Positions 35,701 to 48,284 of a DNA stretch of 64,000 bases are shown piece by piece. The notes under the pieces are model-generated. The model saw only the letters and a list, made by a program, of their open reading frames with translations, had not been told where the DNA came from and did no database searches. Made by a program: the position numbers and the translations under genes. Source of the stretch: Amoebophrya sp. A120 (taxonomy: Eukaryota > Protista > Dinoflagellata); the NCBI GenBank assembly GCA_905178155.1, contig CAJINV010000012.1, positions 1,926,492-1,990,491 of the forward strand. The letters are read 5' to 3'. Within the stretch, counting starts at the first letter, position 1. Each line of letters begins with the position of its first letter.

Positions 35701-38066
35701 TTCTATATGATGTTGTTTTGGGAAGAACGTCGGTATCGTTAGTTTTTGTGTTTATTCCGGGTCGTATGTCGCTTTTGGAGATGTTGAGACGCCCCTTGAT
35801 GTTGACACGTTTCGACGATTTTCAATACAGGGAGCTGCTTCGTGCCTTATTTCCACGAAATTGTATAGTACCTATAGAGAGATTTATATTTCGTAGTAGT
35901 TGTACTGTAATGTATACCACGTGTTCTTGTAGGTCGTTGTTGTCGCCGTCGTCGTGTTCTTTGTCTTGATATCAAGTCCTGCTGAAAAGATAATCTGTCA
36001 CAGCGTTCTTCTTCTCAGGACCAGTCGTCGGACTCGTTGCCAAAGATAGATGTCGCTTGATGTTTTGCTGGAACTCGTGTCGCTTATATTCCTCGTATCG
36101 GACAGCTACAGACAATGTTTGAAGTCCGTTTATATATGTTCAACTTCACCCCCGGGGAAGTAGATCATGATTGACGAAGATGGGGTAGTCGCTAAAACAG
36201 GTATTGAAGTGTTGAATTACTTCGCAGATCATTAACAAGCAACGAAGACGACCGGAGGTGAGGAGGGACGATGACGAAGAGGCCCTACTTCCGGGGATCA
36301 TGTAGTTGACAGTGATAATATCTTCGTCTTGGTCGCTACTTCCAATAAATCGGCTAGAGCGAGAAGGATATCAGGGGGAGATGATCCATGGAAATCGCCG
36401 TAAAAAAGTGCAGCTCTTCGATCGTTTTGTATCGCAGCGTACAACACGCCGCAGGAGCCGCAACGCGTGTACCTCTGCCCGTCCTCTCCACGAGGTACAA
36501 AGTTGTTCGTTCCTAGATCTTCAGTTTTCCGGGGTTGTAAACAATGGGAAAAGTAGCGACCCTCTTGCTCTTGCTGGTGCCAAGCGCAGCTGCGCTGCTG
36601 TCCATTTATTTCCGTACGGTGCGCCGCTGGTGCCAAACGGACGCGCGAATAGAGAGGACGAATCTTGTTTCTGAACCGTCACACAAACAGCCACTTGTCC
36701 GTCGCACACCGGTTCCACCTCCGCCTCGCAGTAAGTAGTTCTTTTAAACACTTTGGATGACAGAATCAGAAAGGTCTCGGAAAACTGCGCGTTCCACCAT
36801 CGAGGCCACACACCAAAATCGTGGTGAGGGCCCGACAAGTAGTTACCAACGTCGTACCGCCGTAGTACCCACAAATCAAACAACGTCGCCGGGGTTCTTT
36901 AAAAATGAAGAGTGTCGCCGGGGTAATACACCAGCTGAGAAGCACAACTAACTCCGAGAAAAGTTGTGAGGAAACTTGGCCAAAACAAAATTTAGAAAAA
37001 GTAAATCAACCTCCTGAAAGAACCACTTAGTGCTTGTTTTTCTTCAATTTTTTTACTCTAGACTACGCCTGTTTAAACGAAGATCATCTCATTCTCCTTC
37101 GGGGCTGCAATGAAAACATTTCATCTTCTCAGTTCAGGTATCTTTGCACAGCATGAAGCCGCAACGAAACTGAGCGGAAAAATCGAAGACCTTCTACTTT
37201 CATTGTCCTGGTGTGACAATAACTGAAACCTACGGATCTTAGATGGATCCACGAAGATCTTGCTCTTCTACCAGCCTATGAGGATAAACCTTCAAGAGCA
37301 ACGTTGCGGCTTCCGGAGCGGATCATCAACCAGAGCCTTGCTAAAGGAACTACCTGAGAATGCAAATATTATCACGTCGCACGATTGATGCGGGTCCGGA
37401 TGTCGGTGTTGGGAGGTGGAGGTGGAACAATCTCATATACAAGACTACAACACTTCCTCTATGCGCATTTTTACAAAAGGTGTGACGAGGATGAACAGAA
37501 ATAATCCCTCTCCTATCATAGCACAACCTCTAGGTTGTAGCCTATCCAAATGAGATTGAGATCCAGATCCAGTATCCAAAGCAAATTGAGATTGAGATAC
37601 AGCATAAAAAAAATCAGAACACCGCAGCAAGGTTCTCTTACATTGATTCTTGTCAGGCCGAGCTTGTAACAACGGCACGAATTTTATATTTGTATTCTAA
37701 CGGTCGTGTCTACTGCTGTGCATTTGCTCCTTACGCCACCAGCGTAGTAGACCCGGAGGCCACGGTTTGCACGACATGGTCGTGAAAATCATTGCGTACA
37801 ATTGCCTCTTGTCCATCGAAACTCTGTCTGTTCCAGTTCTTCGTACAATTTGCTCCGTTTCTGGTGTTTACTTTGACGGTTGCACAAAGCAAGACACTCT
37901 GTACAAAAACTACAGAGCAACGTCACCAAATCGTTCTCCTTGTTGTGAACAAAATTGTACTACCACCGTCCCGCCGACCACGTTCTGTCTGAGCTATATT
38001 AAAACATAAAGTTTCATTAGTACAACATAGAGTGCTGATGTCATTGATACTGTAGGGCTAATATTT

Positions 38067-41000
38067 TTATATGTGCAAAATGGTTTTTACGTTGCTGACT
38101 AGTGCGGACTTTTCCTCCTCGTCCGCTACCGTATGCAAGAAAAAAACATTGTAGGTGTAACTTTTTTGGAGGAACAGCATTACAAGTTTGCTCTACACGT
38201 CATGCGTGGCTCGTAAGGGAAAGCACAAATGAAAAGAGGACTTCATGGCTGTCTGGCATGACAGGTGTAACTCTGTTGCATGTTCTGCAACACAAATTTA
38301 CAATTACACAGTTTTTTTCTTGGATATGCCGCTGCGCTCGTCCAGTCGACATTATTCTTGTTCAAGACCGCCCTTGACAACTCCCCGATCATGCCTGTTT
38401 TCGGATCGATAAAAATGATCTCCTCCTCGTCGTTTGCGAACTGCTTCGCCTTCAGCATGAAGTCAAAAAGTCCCAGATCTGCCATCACCCCGGAAAACCG
38501 TTCGATCTGACATTTTTTTTTCGGTGATCATGCGTACTTAGTCGTGATACAATTTTGCTCCAAAGAAAAAATTTTCATCATCTCGTCGGCAATAATAGAT
38601 ACGGTGCGCCGTGATCTACTGTCATGCAGTACCTCACGCAAACCTAGAAGTAGAAACAAGCTCCAATATTTTTCAACCTGTTGCTGAAAGCCGGGTATTT
38701 CGCTGAGCAGCTGCTTCCCCGCCGTTTCGTCCATGATTTTCTGTTATGAAATGCAAAAGCATCGTACTAGTATGAATTGCATTACAAATTGGCTCATCAT
38801 TACAAATGAAATTTGTAAATGCTGTTTTACCTTAGGGAAGAGATTTGTCATGCATAACCGCAGTTACTACGAGTACGATACTTTTGCAATGCATATTTGT
38901 ACGTTCTCGAGTATTTCCGCGGCGTTTTTCATTTCTGTGTACATGGTATCAAGTGCAAAAGTGTCTGGGTCTGGAAGAATGCGCGACTTGTCACGCAGCT
39001 TTTCCATGACCCATGAAGCCTGGACTGCAGGACCTAGCATGACAGATTCTCTGCATTCTCTCTCATGCCTATCCTGCATGAGAAACTCCCTCCCGACTTG
39101 GTCTAAACAGGACGACTTTTGGCAATCATGCAACACAGATTTTTGCATGCTTCAGATTTAGCATGACAAGTTGCATTCTTCCAGACCCAGCCATTTTTAC
39201 ATTTGATACATGGAGAAGCTGGACTTGACCAACTCCAGCAGCAAGTGGTACTTGGTGTAACCGCACTTCGCTTCCGCGTTTGTGTTGGTGGGCATCAAGA
39301 CCATGAGCTGGGCGCCCAGCTCATGTTATGCAATGTAAATTTCCCGTACTACATGTACAAAATGCATGACAAATTTCGCTAACTTGCAGTGTCCAACTTG
39401 TCATGCTAGACTAGGATTGAAGGCAAGTTTTGTCATGCAGAGACTGCATTTGTACGAACGTCGTGTAGGGGAAATTTAACTGTGGATACATGTATCTTCG
39501 GATTCACGTCCGCGAGTAGCGATTTTCCCTTTACCGATATTTTAGCACCGCTGATGTCGCCCTTCTGTTTCAGATCGTCTAGTTGCTTCGCTTTCTCGTT
39601 CAGAGCGTGTATTTTCGTCCCGTATTGCTCGTGCGCCTTGCTCGCTTTGGCAGTTGCACCCGCGGAGGTGGTATCCTTTGCAAAAGCTGTGTCTGTGTCC
39701 TCCTCGTCACACAAAGTCGAGTTTAGTGAAATTTACGAGCATACACAGCACTGAAAATGGCATTACACAACAATTGCGCGCCACTCACGATCGGCACACC
39801 TTGTCTAAGTTTGTCAACATGTGATTTACATTTACACTAGAGGTACGACATCACTGTTGCAATGGATAGGACGCGCTGCTGGTTTTTTCCTCGATCAGCT
39901 TCGCGAACCGCTCTAAGAAGGTGCCCTTCAGTTTCCGGTACGCCCGGCCGGTCGCGACGGTTTATGCGAGTGCATAAGTAACTCCCCCTCCCCCTCCTTT
40001 GTACAGTGTGAAGAACAAGAACAGCAACAGAAGCATCAGCAAGAATGCAGGTTTTCTTGCGCGACAAATTTACACAGGAGTGTACTGCTGTTTGAGCTAC
40101 CAGAACTTGTCATGCAAACAGTGCCAAGAAGCACAGCCACAGCCTGAATTTGGTATGTTGCATTACATCAAATGAGGGGAAGGAGGACGAGCTGTGCACC
40201 CTCATACGGTTTCCAGCTTCTCCAGAACGGCCTTCAGCTCGGGGTCGGAGCGGAACAGGTTGTGTTCCCGGGGCGAGATGGGCGAGGCTTCGCTGGGTGC
40301 TTGCAACGCGGCGGAGTCGCGGATTGTGGACGGCGGGTTGTTGCTGCCACTGAACCCCCCGATGCCGTTGCTGAAAGCGCCGGCGTATCATGTGCAAAAG
40401 TATCGCGCTCATAGTAATTGCAGCCATGCATTACAAATTCTATTCTCAAGGCAGATCCGCATTGCAAATTCCATTTTTCATGCAATTTATACTAGTAGGA
40501 TACTTTTGTAATGCATACGGCGCTGCGCTCCGACTGGTGTTCGCCGAATTCGACCGTCAGCGATATCCAGCGCAAAAGTATCGTACTCGAATAAATGCAA
40601 GTCTTGCATCACAAATCTTGTTCCCAAGGCAAATCAGCATTACAAATTTTATTTCTCATGCTGAGGAAATTTGTATATGCATTTATACAACGAGAAGTAC
40701 GATACTTTTGCAGTTCATAAGCGACGTGACTTCCCCATCTGGTTTCGGGAGCCTCGTGAGTTGTGGCGGTTGCGTATCAAATGTAAAAATGTCTGGGTCT
40801 GGAAGATTTCTAGATTTGTCATGCATATTTTCCATGACCCATGATGTCTGTGATGCATGCCGTAGCATCACAGATTTTTAGAGCGCTTCCTCATGCCTAT
40901 TCCGCATGACAAATGCCATCTCCGCGGAGCACAAACTCTACTCCTCTTACTGGTCATGCAATGCAAATCTTTTTCGAATCCAGAGACAGCATCACAAGTT

Positions 41001-41380
41001 TAGATTCTTCCAGACCCAGACATTTTTACAATTGATATTGCGCACTGTCCGCATCCGATCCGCTGTCCTGCTGCTTGCCTTTCTTGTTTATGGATTGCAA
41101 ATATGTCTGGCTCTGGAAGGTTGCAACTTGTCATGCTAATTCTGGACTATGCAAAAATCTGTGCTGCATGGGTGCCAAAAGCTGTCCCCTTTCGACCAAG
41201 TTGGCAGGGGGTTTGCCATGCATGCAGGATAGGCATGGTAGGGATCTCACAGAATCTGTCATGCTACGTGCTGCATTCCAGACGACATGGATCATGGAAA
41301 ATCTGCATGACAAGTCTCGGAATCATCCAGACCCAGACATATTTGCACTTGATATTGTTCGGAGACACGCAACACGCCAT
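38067..41380 (-). CDS. Hypothetical protein with N-terminal MACC (possible palmitoylation), 9 introner introns
   Basis: Spliced start MACCVSPNK|KGKQQDSGSDADSAQ|PPQLTRLPKPDGEVTSL|TVEFGEHQSERSA|GAFSNG. End ...AAA|ADEEEKSALVSNVKTILHI*. Confidence 0.75.
38132..38326. mobile_element. Introner, family G
   Basis: TAT...ATA, TSD TACCG/TGCCG; frame restored. Confidence 0.9.
38745..38895. mobile_element. Introner, family B
   Basis: TAT...ATA, TSD TCTGT/TTTGT. Confidence 0.88.
38947..39208. mobile_element. Introner, family A
   Basis: TAT...ATA, TSD CATGG. Confidence 0.9.
39327..39488. mobile_element. Introner, family F
   Basis: TAT...ATA, TSD CATGT. Confidence 0.9.
39963..40206. mobile_element. Introner, family E
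   Basis: TAT...ATA, TSD CGGTT. Confidence 0.88.
40386..40517. mobile_element. Introner, family B
   Basis: TAT...ATA, TSD CGGCG; frame restored. Confidence 0.9.
40564..40719. mobile_element. Introner, family B
   Basis: TAT...ATA, TSD AGCGA; frame restored. Confidence 0.9.
40775..41037. mobile_element. Introner, family A
   Basis: TAT...ATA, TSD TTGCG; frame restored. Confidence 0.92.
41089..41354. mobile_element. Introner, family A
   Basis: TAT...ATA, TSD TTGTT; frame restored. Confidence 0.9.
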
Positions 41381-42010
41381 GGCTTGATGTTCTATCGTCG
41401 CTCCCCCGAGAGGACGAGCAACAGGAGGAGGGCCACAATGGAGTAGATGCTGTTGCTGGCAGAAACTTTTGTTTGCTTTTAATAAGTCGCTTCAAATTTC
41501 TACCCGCTGGTAGTCCCTGCTCGCTAGCGGATGATTACAGGTTGAGCAGAGTAAGGTTGATGCTTTTTTCTGCTGGAGTAATAAATCCGCTCGCTAGAAA
41601 TATTAAAGAGGGGCCGTTCTAGAATCAGAAGAAATTCCGCAGCTTATTTCTATTTCTTCAATCAGAGCCGCCTAACTTTGTTGTCCTCAACAGCTTGTGG
41701 TGTTTTTTTTTTTTCTGTTGTACTTCTATTCGTCATGCCGAAATTAACATGACTAGCAAACGAATAGGTACGAATCAGTTGCGAAGTTGAAGTTCATCTT
41801 GCACGAAAAGAAGGATCTCCACGGGAGAGACTTTAACATTAACTCTGGGTCCGAACAAGAACATGGAGGGAAATTTTTGTACTGCGCAGGAACAAGATGT
41901 AGATCAGCGAAATTGTTTGTTCTTTTCCGGCAAAGAATTGTAGTCGTCCCTCTCGTCCAATATTGTTACAACTCATAGCACCCAGGTTTCACCTCTCTGC
42001 GTACTTATCG

Positions 42011-44772
42011 TTATCTCCCGACTATGACTATGACATCGACAGAGTCCTCCTCCTCTGTGGTCGTGCGTTTTATTCTACATGTGGGCAAAGACATCAGGAC
42101 ATCACTCTTCACGCTCGCAGCTACACTCGTCAATCCGCCCTGTTCTTCACTGCATATCTCAATCGCTTCCAGGTTCTTGAACAAGACAGTATGTCTTGCT
42201 TCTGCCGAAAAGGGAGGCCATGGCCACTGCAACTTCTAGCATCAATGTATAAAGACCGATCGCTCGTTCTCCTGTCGAGAGCACAACTCTACTTGAGCTA
42301 CCGATAATTGTTGTTGTAAGTCATTCACAGACAGATTGAAAGCGTGCTCACTGCAAAAGTAGAGCGAAGACGGCCACTCACGTCCTCAAATGAGTAAAGT
42401 ATTTGTACTAGCACAACAACCGAGCTTGATCATCATCTTCACGCAGGTCGTGCGGATCAGGGGGAATCTTCCGCCAGCCGCCGTACCACGGTTGTGAACG
42501 ACCTGGACACGGCGCTTCATTTTTCGAAGCTGCATATTGAATCTACCACGGTGCATCGACCGAGCAACCGAAGATCAAATGGCGCAGCAGGGAACACGTT
42601 CTAGTACTAGTACTCAACTGCGCGGATAGCGATGGTGCAGGCCGCCCTCACGCATAGACCGTGGGGCAGCATTTTCGTCTTGCATACGTAGCGTACATCG
42701 GAAAAAGGACAAACAATTTTTTTTGCTGGACCCTCATCATGTAGTCCTCCAAGTCGTGTAGTAGTGCGCTACTGGAAAAGGTTTTTGAAAATCTTCAATC
42801 CCAATTCTTTCAAAACATCAAAACATTTTTTTCCAATGGTGTCCAGACGACAGAAGTTCGTAGTTCGTAATGTAGCAGTTGAGAGCGCCATATGCTCGAT
42901 CTTCAGCATGGACACCCGGACCGTCGGCATGTAGATGTGGTTGCAACGAAGGTTCCCGATGCGGAAGAGTAAGACCGGCAAGTTGTTCCGCGTTGTCACC
43001 TATCAAATGTTAAAGTGTCTTGGTCTGGAAGAATGCAGATTTTTGTCATGCTGTTTTTGCATGACACAAAATGTATGTCATGGAAGCCCTAGCATCACAG
43101 ATTTCGAGACAGAAGGTTCCGCATTGCTTAATCCGCATGACAAATCCCCCCTTCTTGGTGACAGGAAAGGGGCACCTTTTGCTGCCTATGCATGAGAGAT
43201 TGGTCTGTGTTGTGAAATGCGCATCACAAGTTCGCATCCTTCCACACCCAGACTGACATATTTGCAGTTGATATCACCAAAGCGTTTTTCGCAAACACGA
43301 TCGCGGGCATATGCAATGCAAATATGTCTGGTGGGTCTGGAACTTGTAATGCTGGGGCGTGAACAGTCAATACCCTGTAACGCACAGCAGAGCATGAGAA
43401 ATATATGCGCGGCTATAGTGTTGCGCTTTCCGCATGTCATGCGGCATGACGTGCTTCGTTTTTGCATGACAAGCAAAACCAAAAGGGTCTCTTCTTGCAC
43501 ACGCATCACAAGTTTCTCTGTCATGCCAGACAAGCATGACAAACCCTGCATCCGTCGAGACCCAGACATATTGGCAGTTCATAGGGCATGGGGTGTTGCA
43601 GTTTCGTCACAACAATGGTAAAAACCAAAACGTTGATGATGACCCCGCAGAACTGCTGGCTGCTGGCGAGGAAAAACAGCCCCAGGTCCGGTCGCTCCGT
43701 TTCCTTGTCGTAGGGAAAAAATTGCCCGTAGCCCATGGTGACCACGTGCGTCACGGAAAACACTAACGCCGTCTCCCGCTCGGAGACGTGTTCGTTTTTG
43801 TAGGTGGTGGAGTTTAAAATTCGTTCCGTGAAGTATGGCCTCCTCAGCTGTTACGTTCTCAACTGTTACGTAGCGAGGTGCTGTTTTTTGATCATTTTAA
43901 CTAGCTATACCGAGCGGTAGCTAAAATCATTAATTTTTTTAATTAAAATTGTGTTTTTTGAAATCGCGGCGGAGGGCTGGATCCACGGAGCGGCAAGGCG
44001 GAAATCCGGAACCTGCAGCTGCAATATGGATTGCAAAATCCCGCCTCCAGCATGACAAATCTCCGCGTCTGATGCATGAATTCTAATAGTCACAGAGACC
44101 TCCTCCTGGGGTCTGGGATCTGGAGATTTGTCATGCTGGAGGCGGGACTTTGGAGCTGATAACTGGCAACCACCCGCAGAAGGAAGGTCCCCCGGAAGGC
44201 TGGCTGTTTGTGGCTGCGGGATTTTGCAATCCATATTGCAGCTGCAGGTTCCGGATTTCCGCCTTGCCGCTCCGTGGATCCAGCCCTCCGCCGCGATTTC
44301 AAAAAACGCAATTTTAATTAAAAAAATTAATGATTTTAGCTACCGCTCGGCATAGCTAGTTAAAATGATCAAAAGACAGCACCTCGCTACGTAACAGTTG
44401 AGAACGTAACAGCTGAGGAGGCCATATGAAGGGCAGGGAGATGCAGGTGAAGACGAAACCGCAGAGGACGTAGAAGAAAACCACGTAGATCACCATGCGG
44501 CGCCAGGTGGAATCTAGCAGTAAGAAATACCAGGAATCTGTGACGGAAACATAGCCCTTTCTGCTATCCCGTAGAGCGGACCTCTCCTTCCCCATACGGA
44601 TAAAACCCTTGTTGAAAACTTTCTCGATCGTGATTTTCCGCCCGAAAAGACGGAGGGTACTCGTACTACGGGTGTTCTGCTCGACATTTTGGTTGTGGTG
44701 CTGTGATGTGGGTTGGGGCGGAAGGTAGTTGCCCATGGGCGCCACGCGGGTCGAGGAAGAAGTTGAATTCAT
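42011..44772 (-). CDS. Inward-rectifier (Kir-family) potassium channel; 3' end uncertain
   Basis: LLDSTWRRMVIYVVFFY (slide helix/M1), pore FSVTHVVTMGYG, M2 CGVIINVLVFTIVVTKLQHP, then MP|AIVFAKNALV|TTRNNLPVLLFRIGNLR rebuilt across two introners. Confidence 0.9.
43001..43273. mobile_element. Introner, family A
   Basis: TAT...ATA, TSD TCACC; frame restored. Confidence 0.92.
43310..43583. mobile_element. Introner, family A
   Basis: TAT...ATA, TSD GGGCA; frame restored. Confidence 0.92.
43834..44426. mobile_element. 593-bp foldback introner with arms of about 210 bp (family K-like ends)
   Basis: TAT...ATA, TSD TGAAG; removal gives SLPF|TERILNS...TMGYG. Confidence 0.92.
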
Positions 44773-45606
44773 GACGTCCGTCCTTGTTCTTTAGCTGGGT
44801 TCTGGTGTATTTCAAGTGCAGCAGTCGCGTCCAGTAATAAACCGGCTCGTACTACTACGAAGCGCTGTTCTGCTGAGGGCGCCAACTACGGCCGAACTGC
44901 TTCAGATGGGAGAGATCAGGAGGGAACGCACATATTGCACACCTTGTTCGAATTTTTTGTGATCCTTCATCAGAAGGAAAAGCATACAAGAAAACAACAT
45001 GTCACGACGATACGTCCTCGACACAAACACTAGTGTCTGTCGATGAAAGTAGAAGCAAGTCAGTCAAATAATTCACGCAAGACAAGTAGAAGCACGATGC
45101 GAACATGTCAAACCACGAAGCAACAATGAAATTTTTCGTCTGCAACGAAACGAAGTTGCTTCAGGTCGCTCCTAGTGCTTCTCAATCCAAAATTCTCTCT
45201 CCGCATGCTCTTACTTAAAAAATTCTTTTCATCGACAATACCGCTTGCTCTCTTCAAAAACGATGAATGGGGGCGACGACTGAAACATAAACTAACAATA
45301 ACAGGCAGCACCAACGATCAAAGTTTACGAAAGAAAAAGACGATCTTACAGACTGGACGAGGTCGAACAGGGTAGTGCTAGCACGAGAACGAAAAGTCGT
45401 GTCACGGAATTTCATGTAAAAATTTCCGAGAAGGAGGATCTGGTCGTCGTAGTCGCAAAAAAAACAATACTTCTAAACGAGTTCCACCAAAAATTAAGTA
45501 AAGCCTTCGTCAACGATGCCATGGCTTCCGCTTTTTCCTGGGTAGATATAATCCTTTGCAGAAGTGACACGATTGGCAACGGCAGTCCTGTCACGGTACA
45601 AAATCC

Positions 45607-47841
45607 TTAGCTCGGAGTACCCATCCTTTCCAGCTTCTCGAGCAATCGAATGGCGTGCTGTCTCGGCACATCCTGAATCAGATCCCCACCCGGTCGCGGA
45701 TTGCACTCGAAGATGCGAAGTTGTAGCGGAACTTTGTCACGCGGCGTCGCCTTTATTTTTCCCGTTTCCTTGTTTGTATTGGTGCCTGCTACCGACGTAT
45801 CAGCATCGGTAACAACCTTGTAGTTAAAGTTGCAGATTCCGCTGAATCCAGTCGTGAGCAGCTTCTCAAACACGTGAACAGCGAAACTGTCCAGTTCCTC
45901 GTGGGGAGAAAACTTTCTGGGCTCGGATTCCTTCACCCCATGCAGAGGCCAGATGTAGTAGTGACTTGTATCGTCGCTGTTGCGATCAGTCCTCTCTTCT
46001 CTTGCGCAGGACGAGGACCCTCCATTTGTACAGGTATCTTGGTTCTTACCGCCTCCGCTAGTTCTTGCAGAGGGCCTTGTAGTTGTACCTCCCCCGACTG
46101 CATACGTGTACTCGCACGTGATAGAATCGAGGATTTTCCCCTTTTCCACTAGCAGAGAGGTCGACCTTTCCTTGCTACCGACTGTGTACTCCTGCAGGAC
46201 GTACTGGTGGTTTTCCGCTGTCGTGCTGTCTGGTGCGTCTACTGGTGGATTTCCGCTCTTCACTGCCTTAGCAGCTGCGGCAGCTGCTGTCCTGGCTTGC
46301 TCTTCAACCCGTGCGACATCCTCCCAATTTCGCAACAATTTCGCCCCACGGCCGAACTGCCCGCGGCTGGGTTTTAGGATGATAGGGAAAGTGACGGGTG
46401 CGTGGTCTCCACCATTGAGGCGTGGTGATGAGTTTGAGTCTTTGTCCCGCCAATCACAAGAACTGACCACGCCTGTTTTCATCCGCAGACGCTCCTTCCC
46501 AAGCTCGTCTATCGATCCATACTGCCTCGGAAAGCTTTTCGCATATTCCTCTTTCGACAATAGGCATTTCGCGTGGGCCAAAAACTTCTTTTTGTCGGCC
46601 AAAGTTTCGATTAGACTTGCCGACTCCGCGGTTAAGACCCGCCAGTCGTTTTCCCGTAGCGCTTTCTGATTTGTCGCAATCCACACGGCAGCGGCATCCG
46701 TGGTTGGCAGGAGAATAGGTTTTTTAGCACTGGATCTCCCAAACGGTCTCTCGACATCAGCAGCAGTACCACCAGAATCGGAGCAGATAATTTTCCCTAG
46801 CTGCGGCCGACAAAACTCGCAGTGTGGCAGCACCACTGCAGGTCGTACTATGTCCTTCCGTGGTGACCGCGACAAGCAGCGCTCGGCAGAAGGTATGCAG
46901 GCTGTTGGCAGCACATTGTAGGCTTGCAGATGAAGCCTTCTGAGTGAAGAGCCCCACCGAACGTTATCCGGAACGAAGTGGAAGCGCGGCTGCGCAAAGT
47001 CCTCTTCCCCGAACTCTGAGTCACCGGCGCCGAATCTACTTCCCCTCTCCGCCTGAACGCGGCAACCGGCACAGGTGAAATTGTCAGCCGGTCGCTCTGA
47101 CGTGTCGTTTGTGTTAGTCGTCAAGTGCTGCCGCCTAGCACACTTCTCCACCGGGGCGGCGGTAGGGGCTTCGGCTTGCTCCGTTAAAACAAGAACTTCC
47201 AGATCCTTCTGTGGGTCCTGCATCAGGAAGCAGGCGCCATCGAGTGTCGTGCTTGATTGCTTGCCTCTTTCTGAACCACCTGCCGTTCCTCGCACAGGCA
47301 CAGGAAGTGGCCTTGCTCCAGCATAGGGATCGAGAGTGCAGTTTCTTGCCGAGATACGCACGCCGATTTTCTTGTTCACACCTATGCCTGCACTTCCTGG
47401 CGCTCTGTTTAGGCATCTTTCCTGCTCTGTGGACAGTGCGTTCCAAACCGTGAGCTGGCATTTGCGTGCGATCTCTACTCTCCTCCTTGTCGCCACTGGT
47501 TCCTCGTGTGGCTCGGCCTGCTCGGAAACCGGATCTTCATGCTTCCACCCAGCATCATGAAAGAGGATCTCCGCGTTTCTCAAGCTCAGGAATTTCAAAC
47601 CGCCATTTGTTTGCCGAGCTTTGACGACTTCGGCAGTCAGGTCGTAGAAAGGCTCTGTTCTTACCGTTCTGTTGTGTGGTCCCGAAATGGAAGTTGGGGC
47701 ATATTGCGCACGCTCTTGCTGGCCCTCTCCTCCCGCCATGTGACCATTTTTGTGAGGTGCGGGTCCGTGACTGATTTTGCAGCTACCAAATCTGAGATGA
47801 AGATCCTTAGAAATGTTGTCGTTGCGAATGTGAGCAGGCAT
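45607..47841 (-). CDS. ATP-grasp domain protein, apparently intronless
   Basis: 744-aa ORF with DKKKF, IILKPSRGQFGRG, YVLQEY, GFSGICNFNY and IFECNPRPGG motifs. Confidence 0.8.
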   Translation of the reverse strand: MPAHIRNDNISKDLHLRFGSCKISHGPAPHKNGHMAGGEGQQERAQYAPTSISGPHNRTVRTEPFYDLTAEVVKARQTNGGLKFLSLRNAEILFHDAGWKHEDPVSEQAEPHEEPVATRRRVEIARKCQLTVWNALSTEQERCLNRAPGSAGIGVNKKIGVRISARNCTLDPYAGARPLPVPVRGTAGGSERGKQSSTTLDGACFLMQDPQKDLEVLVLTEQAEAPTAAPVEKCARRQHLTTNTNDTSERPADNFTCAGCRVQAERGSRFGAGDSEFGEEDFAQPRFHFVPDNVRWGSSLRRLHLQAYNVLPTACIPSAERCLSRSPRKDIVRPAVVLPHCEFCRPQLGKIICSDSGGTAADVERPFGRSSAKKPILLPTTDAAAVWIATNQKALRENDWRVLTAESASLIETLADKKKFLAHAKCLLSKEEYAKSFPRQYGSIDELGKERLRMKTGVVSSCDWRDKDSNSSPRLNGGDHAPVTFPIILKPSRGQFGRGAKLLRNWEDVARVEEQARTAAAAAAKAVKSGNPPVDAPDSTTAENHQYVLQEYTVGSKERSTSLLVEKGKILDSITCEYTYAVGGGTTTRPSARTSGGGKNQDTCTNGGSSSCAREERTDRNSDDTSHYYIWPLHGVKESEPRKFSPHEELDSFAVHVFEKLLTTGFSGICNFNYKVVTDADTSVAGTNTNKETGKIKATPRDKVPLQLRIFECNPRPGGDLIQDVPRQHAIRLLEKLERMGTPS

Positions 47842-48284
47842 GATGTCTTTCTACAAGTGATGCTGTTCGAAACAAACAATGGCGCTAAGACTTCCTAAAC
47901 TCGTGCTGAATTCTCGTCAATGAAAGATCCTGATAGGATGTTCGAAAGAGAAACGATCAGCACCAAACGATATGATAATCAGCACATCATCTTCGCCCTA
48001 CACCAGAAACCACGACATTGTGAGCGATGCTTTTTCATCCACTTTTGCGATAGCACGACAACCACGATGATGAAGTGCAGGGCCGAGTGAGGACTGGTTT
48101 TGATTTTGCAGAACGGGAACATTCTTGTATGAGTTTTCGCATGTTTCCTATTTTGTACAGGATGGCATTCAACTATATTGTACACACGAGCAGGGTGGAG
48201 GGTATTGGTCGGTTTACTTCATTCAAAAAATCGCTGACTTCAATTTTGCGTCTTCAATTTCAGAATTAAAATCTCCTATCGCCT

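Noticed and set aside
36000-37700. Possible gene from ORFs 36298-36883 and 37445-37678
   Set aside because: No recognisable motif or consistent exon chain; not supportable from sequence alone.
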